Positions 42,708 through 55,221 of a stretch of 64,000 nt of DNA are shown piece after piece. Every line of letters starts with the position of its first letter. Positions within the stretch are counted from its first letter, which is position 1. A program made the position numbers and the translations under genes. This DNA comes from the human T2T-CHM13v2.0 reference genome, Homo sapiens. Where the stretch lies: the NCBI RefSeq assembly GCF_009914755.1, contig NC_060933.1, one strand, 5' to 3'. A model generated the notes under the pieces. The model saw nothing but the letters and a program-made list of their open reading frames with translations, was not told the DNA's origin and searched no databases.

Positions 42708-43359
42708 TTAGATGCATACCTCCCAAGCTAGATTTTCAGTAATGAACAGGTTACCAACTATAATGTAATATATAGGTAGAAAATACAGTAATTGTTTAAA
42801 AACTACTTGCATAATTTCGGTGTTTAAAAGAATGTTCAAAGATTTTTAAAGAAATTTATTTATGAAAAGTTGGAAAAGAAGCCTAAGTTGATTGACAGTT
42901 TGGAGTTTGTGTTTCCACCATCTGATCATAGCCAAAATGCAAATGCGATTAAGTTCTGAAAGACAGGAATTGCAAAGTGTCTGCAGCTTATTAGAATCTT
43001 CCCTCTAGGTACCATTCAGCAAGGGCATCAATCAAAGGTGACCCCCCCGCTTATTGTGATAGGAGCCTCTTAGATTAAGGAAGGGGAAATATCTGGTTTA
43101 TTGGTGGAATTATTATTGAAAGATCAGATTCTAAATTCATGCCTGGGATCAACAGGAAAAAGAACAGAGGTGGTTTATCTCACGGTATGGCATACAAGGA
43201 GAAAATGATGGCAGAGGTGCCATATCTTTGTCCTAAGCAAATTCTGCAATTACCTGCATCATTAGGAGATGAAACACACTCACACACATATACACATACA
43301 TTTACAAGTACATTTCTTCATGTACATAAAAGTTACATAAATGCAAAACCCAATGTGTA

Positions 43360-43920
43360 TAATCATTCAACAAAGATATTCAGCAGCTCATTTAGAAAAT
43401 CAATTTTTATGCATCCATTTGACAAACTGAGTCATAATTATAAGTACCACACGTTGTTCTAGGCACCTAAAGATACAAAATAAGAAGAATTGGTCATGCT
43501 CCAATCTTATTCACAATCTAAACTAAAAGATATAAAAATCATCTAGTGGAGGAATGTACAAAGTATTATGAAGGCATAGAGAAAAAATAACTAACTCTTC
43601 CTAAAGGAACTCATAGAGCTTTCTCAGAAGAAGTGACATTTGCTTTTGGTCTTGAAAGACAGATAAGGATTTGTCAGGTGAGAAGATTGGTAAATACATT
43701 CCATTCATCAATTAATCAACAAACAGGGTCTTTTAGTTTTTCCAGGATCTGTGCATGTTACTTAGAATAGAAATACATGCCAAATTGCACATTCCAGGAG
43801 ATGTAGTCTAGCAGTTTGGAGGCAGGTGAGTAAGATCCCATAAAGAAACAGATTGAAGGGAATGGTAATGGATATTGCGATTCAAAGGAATACTACAGGA
43901 AGTTATCTTACAAGATGAAT
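43360..43920 (-). mobile_element. L2 fragments
   Basis: CATTCAACAAAGATATT, GCTTTCTCAGAAGAAGTGACATTTG..GGTCTTGAAAGA. Confidence 0.6.
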
Positions 43921-43944
43921 AATATCTTTCTAAATCACTCTCTT

Positions 43945-46300
43945 GGGAGTTCTATTTCCACATGGGATGTAAAAAGCTAAAAATATATCTGTCCAACGTT
44001 CACAACAATAAAGCCGGATAGACTACAAATCAGAGCTTTTCTTGAACTATTAGAGAGTTGCAATCATAGGACAAGTAACCTGAATTCTAAGGAAAGATGG
44101 GCCCTCCAAGGAGAGCCAGGACATGACCTCTGGTTCACCTGAGCCAAAGCACCAGAGAAAGAGACACTGGGTGGAATATAAGTGGGTAAGAATTCAGCAA
44201 AAAAATTTAACTAATTGCAAAAGGTCAAATGTGACCTAGCTTTTACCTCTCTCAACTCATGGCAGCTACACTGCAACCATTTGAAATAATAGGTTTGTAT
44301 AGAAAGGCAGCAGCTTATTTCAGTTCAGGAATAGCTGGGTTTTCCAACCCTGTCAGCCCCTGCATTTCTAGACTCTCTCTATTCCCTCTGTTTTTGCTCT
44401 CAAACCAGCTAATTCTTGCCTGATTTCAGCTTATTCTTGGAAGATGTTGCTTAAAACAGAAAGTAAAAGCCAAAACACGCTAGCACTCTGGCTCCTTGTA
44501 ACCACTTCCCCTCAAGTACTCACATAAGGATCAAATAAGTGATCTTGTGTTCATTGAACACAAGAAAAAGTCTTCAAGTGGTTAAAAAAAAATGCTTATT
44601 GTGAGACTATACTAATTCATTAACTTCTATATATCTAAGAATCCCAATCTATTCCTATTTCAAAATCATTACTAACAGAAAACAAAACAGGACTAGAAAC
44701 AAAATAGAGTACAGAAATACAACCATATATAAAGCAATTCAATGACAAAAGAAAAATCTCTTCAACGACTGGGTTGGAATAACTGGATATCCAAAACAAA
44801 AAGGGAGAGAGAAAGAACCTTGACCCCTACCTCACACCACATCCAAAAAAACCCATATGAGAAGGGTTATAGAGTTAAATGTAAATATAAAATAATACAG
44901 TTACAAAGGAAAAAAAAGTGGAAGAAAATGTTTGCAACCTTGCAATGGGCAAACATTTTTCAAGAACATACAAAGCATAAACCATAAAATAAAAACACTA
45001 ATAGACTGTACTACCTAAAACTGTAAAACATTTGCTCATCAAGACACCATCAAGAAAATAAATCACAAGCCACGCACTGAGAAAAAAAATTCAGTAGATA
45101 GATAGATATGTAGATAGAGCTATATATAGTGAATATTTTAGATATAAAAATATAAAATATATATACATTATATATTTTTATAATTTATACTTTATATATA
45201 AATTATATATATTATATATTTATACTTTATATATAAATTATATATATTATATATTTATAATTTATACTTTATATATAAATTATATATAATATACTTATAT
45301 ATTTTATATATTATAGATAATATATTTATGTATTATATAAATATAAAATTTATATATAAAATATAAAATATATCTATATATAGTGAATATTATGTATATA
45401 TATAATATATATCTCTCTGACAAATACATTGCATATAGAACATACAAAGAAATTCTATAAATCAATAATAAAAAGACAAATCATTTTTTAAAGAAGACTT
45501 GGACAGCCACAAAAGAAGATATACAAATGGCCAACAAGCACATATAAAGATACTCAACTTTATTATTTATAAGTTTCATGCAAAGTAAAACACACACATA
45601 TACACACATACACACATACATGACTGAAATTTTTTAAGAAAAGATTAACAACATCAAATGTTGGAAAGAATGTGGAGCAATCCAAATTTTCATATATTGC
45701 TGCTGGGAGTATAAAATGATGCAATAACTTTGGAAAACTGTTTAGTAGTTTCTTAAAGAGTTAAACATATGTCTACCCTGTGGCCGGGCAATTCTACTCC
45801 TAGATATTTTCCCAAGAGAAACGAAAACCTATGCTTACATAAAGCCCTATATAAAAATGTTCATAGCAGCTTTATTCATAATAGCCAAAAACTAGAAAAA
45901 ACCCAGATGTACGTCAACAGGCAAAAGTGTTTTTTTAAAACTGTGGCATATTCAAAGAATAGAATATTACTCAGCGATAGAAAGAAATGATCTACTGATA
46001 TACACAACATGAATGAATCTCAAAAGTATGTCCGGTGAAAGAAACAAAACACATAAGAACATATACTGTATGATTGCAGTCATAAGAAATTCTAGAATAA
46101 ACTAAACTAACCTATGTGATAGAAAGCAGATCAGCAGTTGATTGGGGGGTGAATTTGGAAATTGAGTGGGAAGAAGCATGAGGGAACATCACTCTGGGCT
46201 GATAAAAATATTTTGTGTCTTAATATGCAGTTATCAAAAGTGATTGAGCTTGAAGATTTGAGCATTTCACTGTATATAAATTATACTTCAATTTTTTAAA
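43945..46300 (+). mobile_element. Old L1M (L1MC/MD-like): 5'-like piece ~43945-44240 and ORF2-3'UTR ~44700-46300
   Basis: GACCCCTACCTCACACCACAT, CAAATGTTGGAAAGAATGTGGAGCAA, GCAATTCTACTCCTAG, TTCATAGCAGCTTTATTCATAATAGCC. Confidence 0.8.
45095..45412. repeat. AT-rich minisatellite/low-complexity tract inside the L1
   Basis: Three copies of TTTATACTTTATATATAAATTATATATA; CTATATATAGTGAATATT repeated at ~45120 and ~45374. Confidence 0.9.
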
Positions 46301-47759
46301 AGGTTAATAAATGTTGTTGCTAAAGGATTAGACTTCAGTTAGTACTTCCCTAGATATAATTTCTAAAAATGTAAATTTTTCCTAAAGTCCTGGATCTGCA
46401 CTGACTTTTCACATACATGAAGCTTAATTCTCCTTTTATTTCAACGAACTTTCTACGCTTAGGTTGGAGGAGTGGTCATCCTACCCATCTGAAACGTTCA
46501 CCTCAAATCCTTGAGGCAGGGGGAAGTAGCATGTCAGAAGAAACTGTGAAAACAGTGGGATAAATCGGGAATATTACAAAAAGAATAGACCCACCCTACT
46601 ATGGGACTGTGGTTCAGAGCTAGCTCTCCAAGTGTGAAACCACAAAAGGCAGCTATCAGAGAGTGATTCTTCACATGCACCCCCTCTGTGCACAGATGTG
46701 GAGGGGCAGTGAAAAAGTCTTGCCTTATGTTTTCAACTAACCATAAACTGAACAAGTTACCCAATTCATTGGCTTGAACTTTTTTGTTTTGTCTTTACAG
46801 CAGTCAACTTTGAATTTAATCTTGGCTGGATGAAGCCACCTGAGTTTTGCTTTTACAAAAGACTTTGCAAAGAGAGGAACACAAAGACTTTCACTTAAAT
46901 GCCTTGTTTTGCAAGTGCATTAAGTCATTGGTGCCCACCTCAAGTTGGTTTTACATCCAAAAAGAACCAATTTGGCTCATAATCCCTGACAGCAGCTGGC
47001 ACAAACTGAGCATACCACTACCATCTTAGAACTGAAGTCTTTGGGCATACCTGCAAAGGGAAGAAAAAGTTCCAGCCAAGGAAGTCAATAACTTCCTTTT
47101 TAATGTGCTTATTCAATGCTGAGACAAGTATTACTGGATTTTAGAGACATTTGGAATAAGAATGGAAGTTTGGTGCACTTGGTCACAGGAACACACTGTG
47201 ACTTCTCAGACCTAGAAACAAATTACTTATTAATTTTTTAGAAAAAAAAAGCATCTTGATGATGCACTAGGTCCTTGTTATTTACAAATGGATTAGTCTT
47301 ACAGAATCTGATTCTAGACCACGATGCTCACTAGTAAAAGCTACAAGCTAAGTATAATTTCTCCAGTTGTGACTAGTGTATGCAGAGATAAGAAGCCTCT
47401 AGCCTTCTGGCTAGTACTGGCCATTAGCTTAATTTGTATTCATCCTTAAACAAATATTATATTCTTAGAGCAACCATGATATGATGACTTTGGTACACTT
47501 ATGGTACACTGCAGTCCACATAGTAATCTCCTTTCTGGTAGTATATAACCTGATAGATATACTGTTATTTAATTAAGGGAAGTATATATGAAGTTTTAAT
47601 TTTTTAAACTATGTTTAGTGGCTAATTTTCTGATTTTTCTTGGTGGACTAATACCCTTTTTCTTCTGTGGCAACTTCTTGGCAAGTTCATCTACTACATC
47701 AGTTGTTCTACCCAGTTGTACTACCTAGTTGTTCTACACGATTCAGCTCTGAGTCCACT

Positions 47760-48810
47760 ATTATGTTTCCTCACTATCCCCTCTATTTACAGATTCCTCC
47801 CGTCACATTATTTTAACCACCAACAACTTTATTGAAGTTCTCAATTTTACAACTTCAATCCTTTTGTTGTTTTTATAAATCCCAATCCAAATGCTTACTA
47901 GATGCATTTTCACTTGGATAACTCAACATGCCCCCAACCCTGCATATCAAACCAGCACCACCTCCCATTTTCCATAATATCTGTTAATAGTAACACTGGG
48001 TAGGAAGACTCCCAAATCCATAACTTTACTTGCTGATTCACTTTTCTCTTTTCTTTATCTGCATCCCATCAGTATCAAGTCCTGGTAAGTCTTCTTTCGT
48101 AATGTTCTCTCCTCACCACCATCTCTGTTGTCCAATCTGACAAGATCTCTCTCGGACTACTGTAACAAGCTTGTACTAGCTTTCCTGAGTGTCAACTCCC
48201 CTCTATTCTCCAAATAGCATCAAGAATATCCATTTCAAAATGCAAAATTGAACATGTTAGCTCCTGATTTAAATGTCCAATACCTGCTTGTTGCTTCTGA
48301 AATGAAAACAAAGAACCCAGTATTATCTGGCTCCTGCCTTTCTTTCCAGCCTCATGTCAGCCACTCTCTACCTTTCTTGCTGTATGCTAAATCTCCTGGT
48401 CATCTTTCACATTTTAAATCCATGCTCCCTGCCACAGGTCCTTTGCACACACTGCTTCCACTGTCTGGAATGCTGTTGTCCCTTTCCTTACCTCCCTTTG
48501 CATAGTTTACTCCTATTCACCCTCCCATTCTCAATTCAAACATCTGTTGTTGTTTTTTTTCCCCAAAGAAGCCATCCCTGATCTCTATCTGCACAAACTA
48601 GATCAAATTCAATTCTGTTATACATTCTTATATCTTCTTGTACTTTTCCTTCACAGCATCATCATATGTATTTGTCTGATGAATGTCTGACTCCCTTACT
48701 GGTCTAAGAACTCTAAAATGGCAAGAATCATGCCTATTTGGCTCACTATTAAATCATCAGTATATAGCACAATGCCTTGCACTTACTAAACATTTGAATT
48801 AATGAAAGAA
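47760..48810 (+). mobile_element. L2 fragments
   Basis: AACTCAACATGCCCC, CTCGGACTACTGTAAC, GGTCCTTTGCACACACTGCTTCCACTGTCTGGAATGC, TAGCACAATGCCTTGCAC. Confidence 0.7.
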
Positions 48811-49151
48811 GATTTTTATATTTGTCTCTTTTTTTGTCTTCTCATTGTCACCACCATTGCTCTGACCCTTTCTAAGCTCATGCTTTGGAGACCAAAGTAC
48901 TATCTGGTCTTCTGTTCCCAACCCCTCCCCTTTCTAATTTAATTTGCACATCTCTAGATCAATCATCTCAAAACATTGTTTTTATTGTGACCCTTTTCTG
49001 ATTAAGAATCATTCATTGCCTACAGACTGAAGTTGAAAATCTTTACCCTAACCTTCCTATCTTTCCTTGATCAGTTCCTAGCCCATCTTTCCAGGTTTCT
49101 ATATCTCTTCTCTACAAAACTCTCCAACTCAGTTTCATTGATGTACACATT

Positions 49152-49303
49152 CAGGGCTTTCCCCAGACCACTGTACAGGCTGTTCACTAAATGATGCCAT
49201 GCCGTGAACGGCCCCTGGGATGCCATTTGTATCAGTGCTTATGTGAGTTACACCCCTGGAGTTATGCAAGGCACAAATGATGCAGCCAAACGTAGCAGCC
49301 CTG
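49152..49303. mobile_element. MER91-family hAT-Tip100 MITE
   Basis: TIRs CAGGGCT...GCAGCCCTG; interior CCCCTGGAGTTATGCA; degenerate TSD TACACATT / TAAACATC. Confidence 0.75.
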
Positions 49304-49544
49304 TAAACATCTTAAATTTGTTCTTTCTCGTTTCCCATGTTTGATAAAACTTTTGCTTTTTCTGGAATGCCTTCCTTTGGTCTCAATCCATCAAACTTTA
49401 ACCTGTCTCCATAGTCCTTCCTTCTGTTCCTAGCAACAGTGATCTGCATTACTGAATTCCTATAACACATCAAACCTGTGCCATTCTCTTTATATATACT
49501 ATAGTCTTTATATACTGGTTTTTAACTTTCCTTGTGCATTTTAG

Positions 49545-49804
49545 TGTAGAGTAGTAGAAAGAGCTCTGGAATTGGAGTCAGAAGTCATGCCTAGGTCTAC
49601 TTCAGTGGCAGCAAGGGCACTTCAGACAGCACAAATGGTTGATCTCCAGTAAGTTGCTTAGCTTGTCAGAACCATCATTTCCTGTCTGAAAAGTGTGAGT
49701 AACAGTACCTCACAGGTTGTTGTGAGGATACTCCAAGGGTTTAATCCACAGCCTATTGAGAGAAGAATAATTTGCTTGCAGGCATTTTGCAAATAATGAA
49801 GCAC
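49545..49804 (+). mobile_element. MIR
   Basis: GTAGAAAGAGCTCTGGAATTGGAGTCAGAAG...AACAGTACCTCACAGGTTGTTGTGAGGAT. Confidence 0.75.
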
Positions 49805-50331
49805 TGTGATGGCTAATCTTATGTGTCAACTTGACTGGGCCATGGAATGCCCAGATACCTGGTTAAACTTTATTTTGGGGTGTGTCTGTGAGGTTGTTTC
49901 CAGAAGATATTAGCATTTTAATTGGTGAACTGAGTAAAGCAGATGGCCTCCCCAATGCGAGTGGGCAACATCCAATCCATTAACGGCCTGAATAGAATTA
50001 AAAAGCTGGGGAAAGTTCAATTTGCTCTCTCCCTGACTGCTGGAGCTGGACCATGTATCTTCTCCTGCCCTTGCATTCCTGGATCTCAGACCTTCAGGTT
50101 TAGACTGGGAGCCACACCAACAACTCTTTAGCTCTCTCGCTGTAAGGCCTTTGAACTATACCACTGGTTTACCTGGGTCTCCAGTTTGCACACAACAGAC
50201 TGTGGGATGTCTTGGCCTCCGTAATTGCATAGACAAATTCCTTATAATAAACCTCATATGTGTATGATATATGTAACATAACCAATTATGACCTATTGGT
50301 TCTGTTTCTTCAGAGAACCCTGACTAATACC
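49805..50331 (+). mobile_element. Solo MLT2 (ERVL; MLT2C/D-like) LTR
   Basis: TGTGATGGCTAATCTTATGTGTCAACTTGACTGGGCC...GAGAACCCTGACTAATAC; TSD AGCAC / AGAAC. Confidence 0.92.
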
Positions 50332-50369
50332 AGAACTATATAAAGTGTTTGCTGCTAGTTCGTAATTGT

Positions 50370-50490
50370 CTTGCAATCAGACTAGAAGCTCCTTGCCTGA
50401 AAGGGGTGGTGTGTCACACCCCTAGGTGTCTCTCAGAGTGCCTAGCACAGTGTCCTACACATGATAAGTGGTCAGTAAATATTTTCTGTG
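50370..50490 (+). mobile_element. L2 3' end
   Basis: CAGACTAGAAGCTCCTTG...CAGAGTGCCTAGCACAGTGTCCTACACATGATAAG..AGTAAATATTT. Confidence 0.7.
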
Positions 50491-51014
50491 TAAAGAATGA
50501 CATCCTGGCAGCTGCAGACAACAGATGACCACAGCTCTGCTGCTCATGGCTGCCATCCAGTCTGCAGTTGCTGTATTTAATGCCTCTCTTTCCTGCTGCA
50601 CCCATCCCCCAGTCTGCAGATTCCAGGCCTGCATAGGCACCACATACTCAATTTGCAGCCATGAGCCTAGGAGCTATATAATATGGAGTCAGTAGCTTCT
50701 GGGTACTTTTCACTTTTTCCACTTGAAGTACAGAATAGGAGCAATGATAACATGCTAGAACTAGAGTTTCTTGTGCCACGTTAGGCACCATGGGAATTAG
50801 TACCATGAGTTCTCTCAGGAGGTCATCCAATTCTCTGTGAGTTGTATGCCCCACAGAAGGTGAATAGGGTGGAAATCACACCTTAGTCTAATCAATGGGG
50901 AATGTCAGGAGTTCTTACGTAATCATTTGAGAATGTATATCATCATCAACAGAGCAGGGCTGGGGGTAAGGATGGGGGATGGAAAAAGCATCGAAAATAT
51001 ACAAAAAAATTCCC

Positions 51015-52860
51015 TAAAATCTTAGAATTAAAAAAGATTTTTGGTGTCATTTAGGCCAAATTCAATACAATCAAATTCAATTTCTACTCTTAATATGTCT
51101 TGGGCCCTTTACTTACGTTTTAGTATGTCTTAATATGTCTTGTGCCCTTTACCTAGACATATCCAATGACAGAAAACTCACTGTCTATGAAGACAGTCCA
51201 TTGATAGACCAACTGTAATTTTCATTTTAGAGTGCATCTAATCCAAACCCTGATTTCAGATTATGAAACTGAGGCCTGAAGAGTTAAGAGACTTGAATCA
51301 TACAGTAACATAGAGGCAGAGCTAGAACAGGCTTCTGTCACCTTCTGCCCATAACAGAAAGCTACAACACTTTCACAACCCCATTCCATCTTTTACTCCT
51401 TCCCTTTGCTCCTGGATCTGTCTCCAGAGCAACAGGAACTTTGTCTAATTCCTCTTCCACGTGACAGCTTTCAGATTTTTCAAGAAAGCTTTATTTCAGC
51501 TTCTGAATCTGTCTCCAAGAGAAGTCATATTCTCCATCCCAGTCCTTTGAATTTTCTTCACTTGGCATGAGTCTATACCCTTTACCACTTTCAGCACTCA
51601 ATCTCCCACAAGGTATAGACACTTTTTAAATTAGAGACACCCAGAATTGAACACAAAATCTTGGCGATGAAAAATACAGTGAGCCATGAGCTTCCCTTGA
51701 TCCTGACCCCTCACTTCTACCATTATTCCCAAAGATTGCTTTACCTTTTTAGCAACCACATCATACTGCTAAACCTGCTATAATAATGACCTACCTAACA
51801 CTTACTATGTGCCAGGCATTGCTCTAAGTACTTCACATGTCTTAACTCATTTAATTCTTACAATTCCAACAATATCAGTTGGAACTAATATTATCATCTT
51901 CATTTTCCAGGTAAGAAAAGTGAAACAGATTTTAAGAAACATACCCAAGATCATACAACTTGTAAATGGCAGAGCCAGGGTTCCGACCCAGGCAGATGGT
52001 CCCAAAGTCCACAATCTGAATTTAATGCTACAGCTGACTTAATGAAAAATAAACTTCTTTTTTTTAAAAAAAAAAAAATATATTGACTCTGTTCCTGGCT
52101 GAAGGGAGATCTTTCACAGTCTGTAAATGGAGGTGTTTTGCTTTCTTTTGCATGCATCCCTATTAAATTTCAGATTTGGTTTGGGTTTCTCCTCCTTCTC
52201 CTTTTAAACTTCTATACTTCAATATATTGGCTATTTTTCTCCAGGTTGCATCATCTTCCAAGGTAATAATATGCTTTCTAGCTGTTCCTCTTTAAGCTGT
52301 CAACAACAACAACAACAACAACAAAATATATATATATACACACACACATATATATATATGACTAACAAAGGGCCTGGTGACATAACTTGATTGGTAGCAA
52401 AAAATAGTGTAAAGGTTGACCCCTTTTCGCTCTTCTTGTTTGGCCAACTAAAAAGCTATGTAACTGTTTTGTTTGGCCCTTAACTCTTCATTTTATCAGA
52501 AGGATATGACAAAGAAACTTAACAAACACTGCGTGAAAATCAGGACATACTAAGGATGCAGGATTTACCCAACCTATGTGCCTAGAATACCTTTCAAAAA
52601 TGGAAATAAGTTTAGTATGGTCTGATTTGTTCTTTGGAAATCTATGTTACCTCCAAATTATTACAACTTGTAGTAAATTACCCAAATGGTGCCTGAAGTT
52701 GCCATCAAGCTTACTGACCTTTAGTGTCCAATATTCACTTTTTGTCCTTTTTTAAGTTTATTGGAACTAATAGGTCTTTCTTACTCAAACCCATATGCAC
52801 ATTCTTTTAGTACCATAGGTGGTTGGTCATCTGAACCTAGGAACTAAAACATATTTTCAT
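51015..52860 (-). mobile_element. CR1/L3 relic interrupted by two MIRs (~51220-51350 and ~51785-52040)
   Basis: CACCCAGAATTGAACACAA; CTTTTTAGCAACCACATCATACTG; the minus strand near 52695-52720 reads SVSLMATS (CR1 RT-like); MIR cores GAAACTGAGGCCTGAAGAGTTAAG and CCCAAGATCATACAACTTGTAAATGGCAGAGCC. Confidence 0.6.
52300..52359. repeat. Compound microsatellite (CAA)n-(AT)n-(AC)n-(AT)n
   Basis: Read directly from the sequence. Confidence 0.92.
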
Positions 52861-52869
52861 AACTTCAGA

Positions 52870-54215
52870 CACTTAAATTCAATTGTCTGCTTGATATCTT
52901 CATTTAGATATCTATGAGGCATTTTCAATTTAAAATGTCTTAACCAGAGCTTCTAATTTTACCCCATTCCAAAACCTGCTCCTCCCACAGTCTTCCTAAT
53001 CTCAATAGACAACTAAGCCAATGGAGTTGTTCTTGATTCTTCTTCTCTTACATTCTGTAGGCAATCCACTAGCAAAATCCTGTGGGCTCTGCCTTCAAAA
53101 TATATCCAGAATCCAACCACTTCTCAACACCTCCACTGCTACATTCTGGTCCAAGCCAACTTCATCTCTCTTGAGGACTATTACAGTAGCCTCCTAATTG
53201 GTATCTCTACTTCCACTCTTATTCTGTGTAGAGATGCTATTGGCACCCTCAGGTTTCCTGGACTCCCTTTTATTAATTTGGTTGATGAGCCCCTTTCCCA
53301 GCTGCTGTGAATACCTCAAAGAGAATTGCCCTTGGGCAATGGAAGCCACCCCACCCCCCCCACCCCCACCCAACCTGCAGGTGCTTGGGATTTACATTGT
53401 CTATCTGCTTCCCCAGAGTATTTACCCAATAAGCAGGATAAGGGTAAAAAGCCCCTCTTGCTTGTCTCAATGTGGGAAAAACTCTACAGAGTAACTTATG
53501 TTCCAGAACAAATCAGGCTGAAGCTACTCATTACCTGAAATCACATTATTGCCCATCCTCTACCCTGTTCCCTCCAGAAATCATGCACATCCCCATCAGG
53601 TTCGACCTCTAAGGAATTCAGCCTAACACATTTTCCTTACAGCACCCAGAGTGATCCTGTCAAAATGTTCACATCATTCCTTTGTTCCAAATTCCCCATT
53701 GGCTTCTGTCTCACTAAGGAAAAAAAATCCAAAGTCTTTGCCATGGCCTAAAAGAACCTACAATTTCTTCCCCAGCTAACTTTTTAACTTCATCTCCTTT
53801 CACTCTCCCCTTCCTCTGTGCCACTCCACTCTAATTGGTCTCCTTGACATTCCTCAAAATGCTATGCAAACTCCTGCCTCAAAGCCTTTGTACCCAAGTG
53901 TTCTCCACCAAGAAACTCTTCCCCCAGAGAACCACTAGGCTTCCTCACTTCTTTCAAGTCTCTGTTCAAATGTCACTTATTACAGAGGCCTTCTCTAACC
54001 ACTCCAGCAAAAAGCAGCACACACGTCTCACATCCTATCACTCCCTCTTCATGATCTGTCTCTCTGTTCACGACCCTGTTCCTTCCATCCTCATGATCCT
54101 ACTATGAGAATATACGTTCCCTAAAAACAGGAGCACTGCCTTGTACACTCTTGTTTTCCCAGAACCTAGAACAGTGTCTGGCATATATTAGGCACTAAAT
54201 ATATTTGTTGAATTA
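52870..54215 (+). mobile_element. L2a interrupted by an LTR16-like LTR
   Basis: CAAAACCTGCTCCTCCCACAGTCTTCC, CCTTCAAAATATATCCAGAATCCAACCACTTCTC, CCTAGAACAGTGTCTGGCATATA..AATATATTTGTTGAAT. Confidence 0.85.
53227..53630 (+). mobile_element. LTR16-like (ERVL) solo LTR
   Basis: TGTAGAGATGCTATTGGCACCC start; CCCAGCTGCTGTGAAT, GAGAATTGCCCTTGG; ends CTAAGGAATTCAGCCTAACACA. Confidence 0.65.
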
Positions 54216-55162
54216 TTTAAGTAGACTTTCTTTTGACTTCCCACACACAAACCCCAAAAACACACACACCTAAAAACTATCTTTGATTTCAAAGTCCTGT
54301 TAACAATATTCATTCTATTTTTTTATAGCTTGGGAACAATTACCTGTGACAGAGACAACAGAAGCAAAACAGAAGTTGAGTTGTTAACAACGTTTTGCTG
54401 TAATCTATTAATGAAAACCTTTAAAAAAGAAAGAAAGAGAAACATGGATAATATGTGGAAGTCGAGAAACAATAGAGCGTTGCAATCCAGAAAGCTTGAG
54501 AATTGCACTGTTAGCTCAAATGGCTCATAGTCAAGTTGCCAGGCAGATAACTCCAAAATACAAAGCACAGTTGCTACCATTAGGGAAAATGAAAGAAATT
54601 AAATTTAAAGTTAAGAAAAACTTGTGTAACAAAGATCATCAATATTTAAAATCAAAGCAAGCCCAATACTTATTTAATTAGATAAAAAGTCCTTTTTACT
54701 CACAGGAAGGGTTTTGTGGTAGGTTCTTGAAATGGACAAAAAGTAACAGAAGAATTTTGGATTTGTGGCACTATGAGTTATAAGTGGACCACGGAAATGA
54801 AACTAATGTCCACCCTATAATTTTTTAATGTACAAAATTGAGCCTTGTGACAGAAGTACTGATGGTCTGCGAGGCAGGGGTTGATCCAGGAAGGAATGTC
54901 ACACTTCACTCAGCTCAAATCACAACTCAAAAATCTAGTAAAACACTCCTTACCCCACAGCTTAGGACATCACCTGAGCCTATCCCAAATACTCTTAATA
55001 ATCCCTTATTTTTTACCAAAAAAAAAAAATAATTAATGCAAAGCATCATCAAAAGTCAGTCTGCACTGTGCATCTGTTAGCAAACAGGCCTGCAGGCAGT
55101 ATTCATTCTAGTGCGTGTGCAGTGACTGGGGGGAGAGGTTTGTGTCAGGCTCCATACCCCAG

Positions 55163-55221
55163 GCCCCATAAATATGTATACCTACTGTGTACACACAAAA
55201 TTAAAATTTAAAAAAATTTTT
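55163..55221 (+). mobile_element. Tiny L1MA 3'-terminal fragment
   Basis: CCCCATAAATATGTATACCTACTGTGTACACACAAAATTAAAAT. Confidence 0.7.

Noticed and set aside
46775-46810. Strong + strand splice acceptor (TTTTTTGTTTTGTCTTTACAG)
   Set aside because: No matching strong donor or open frame downstream; such tracts are common in AT-rich DNA.
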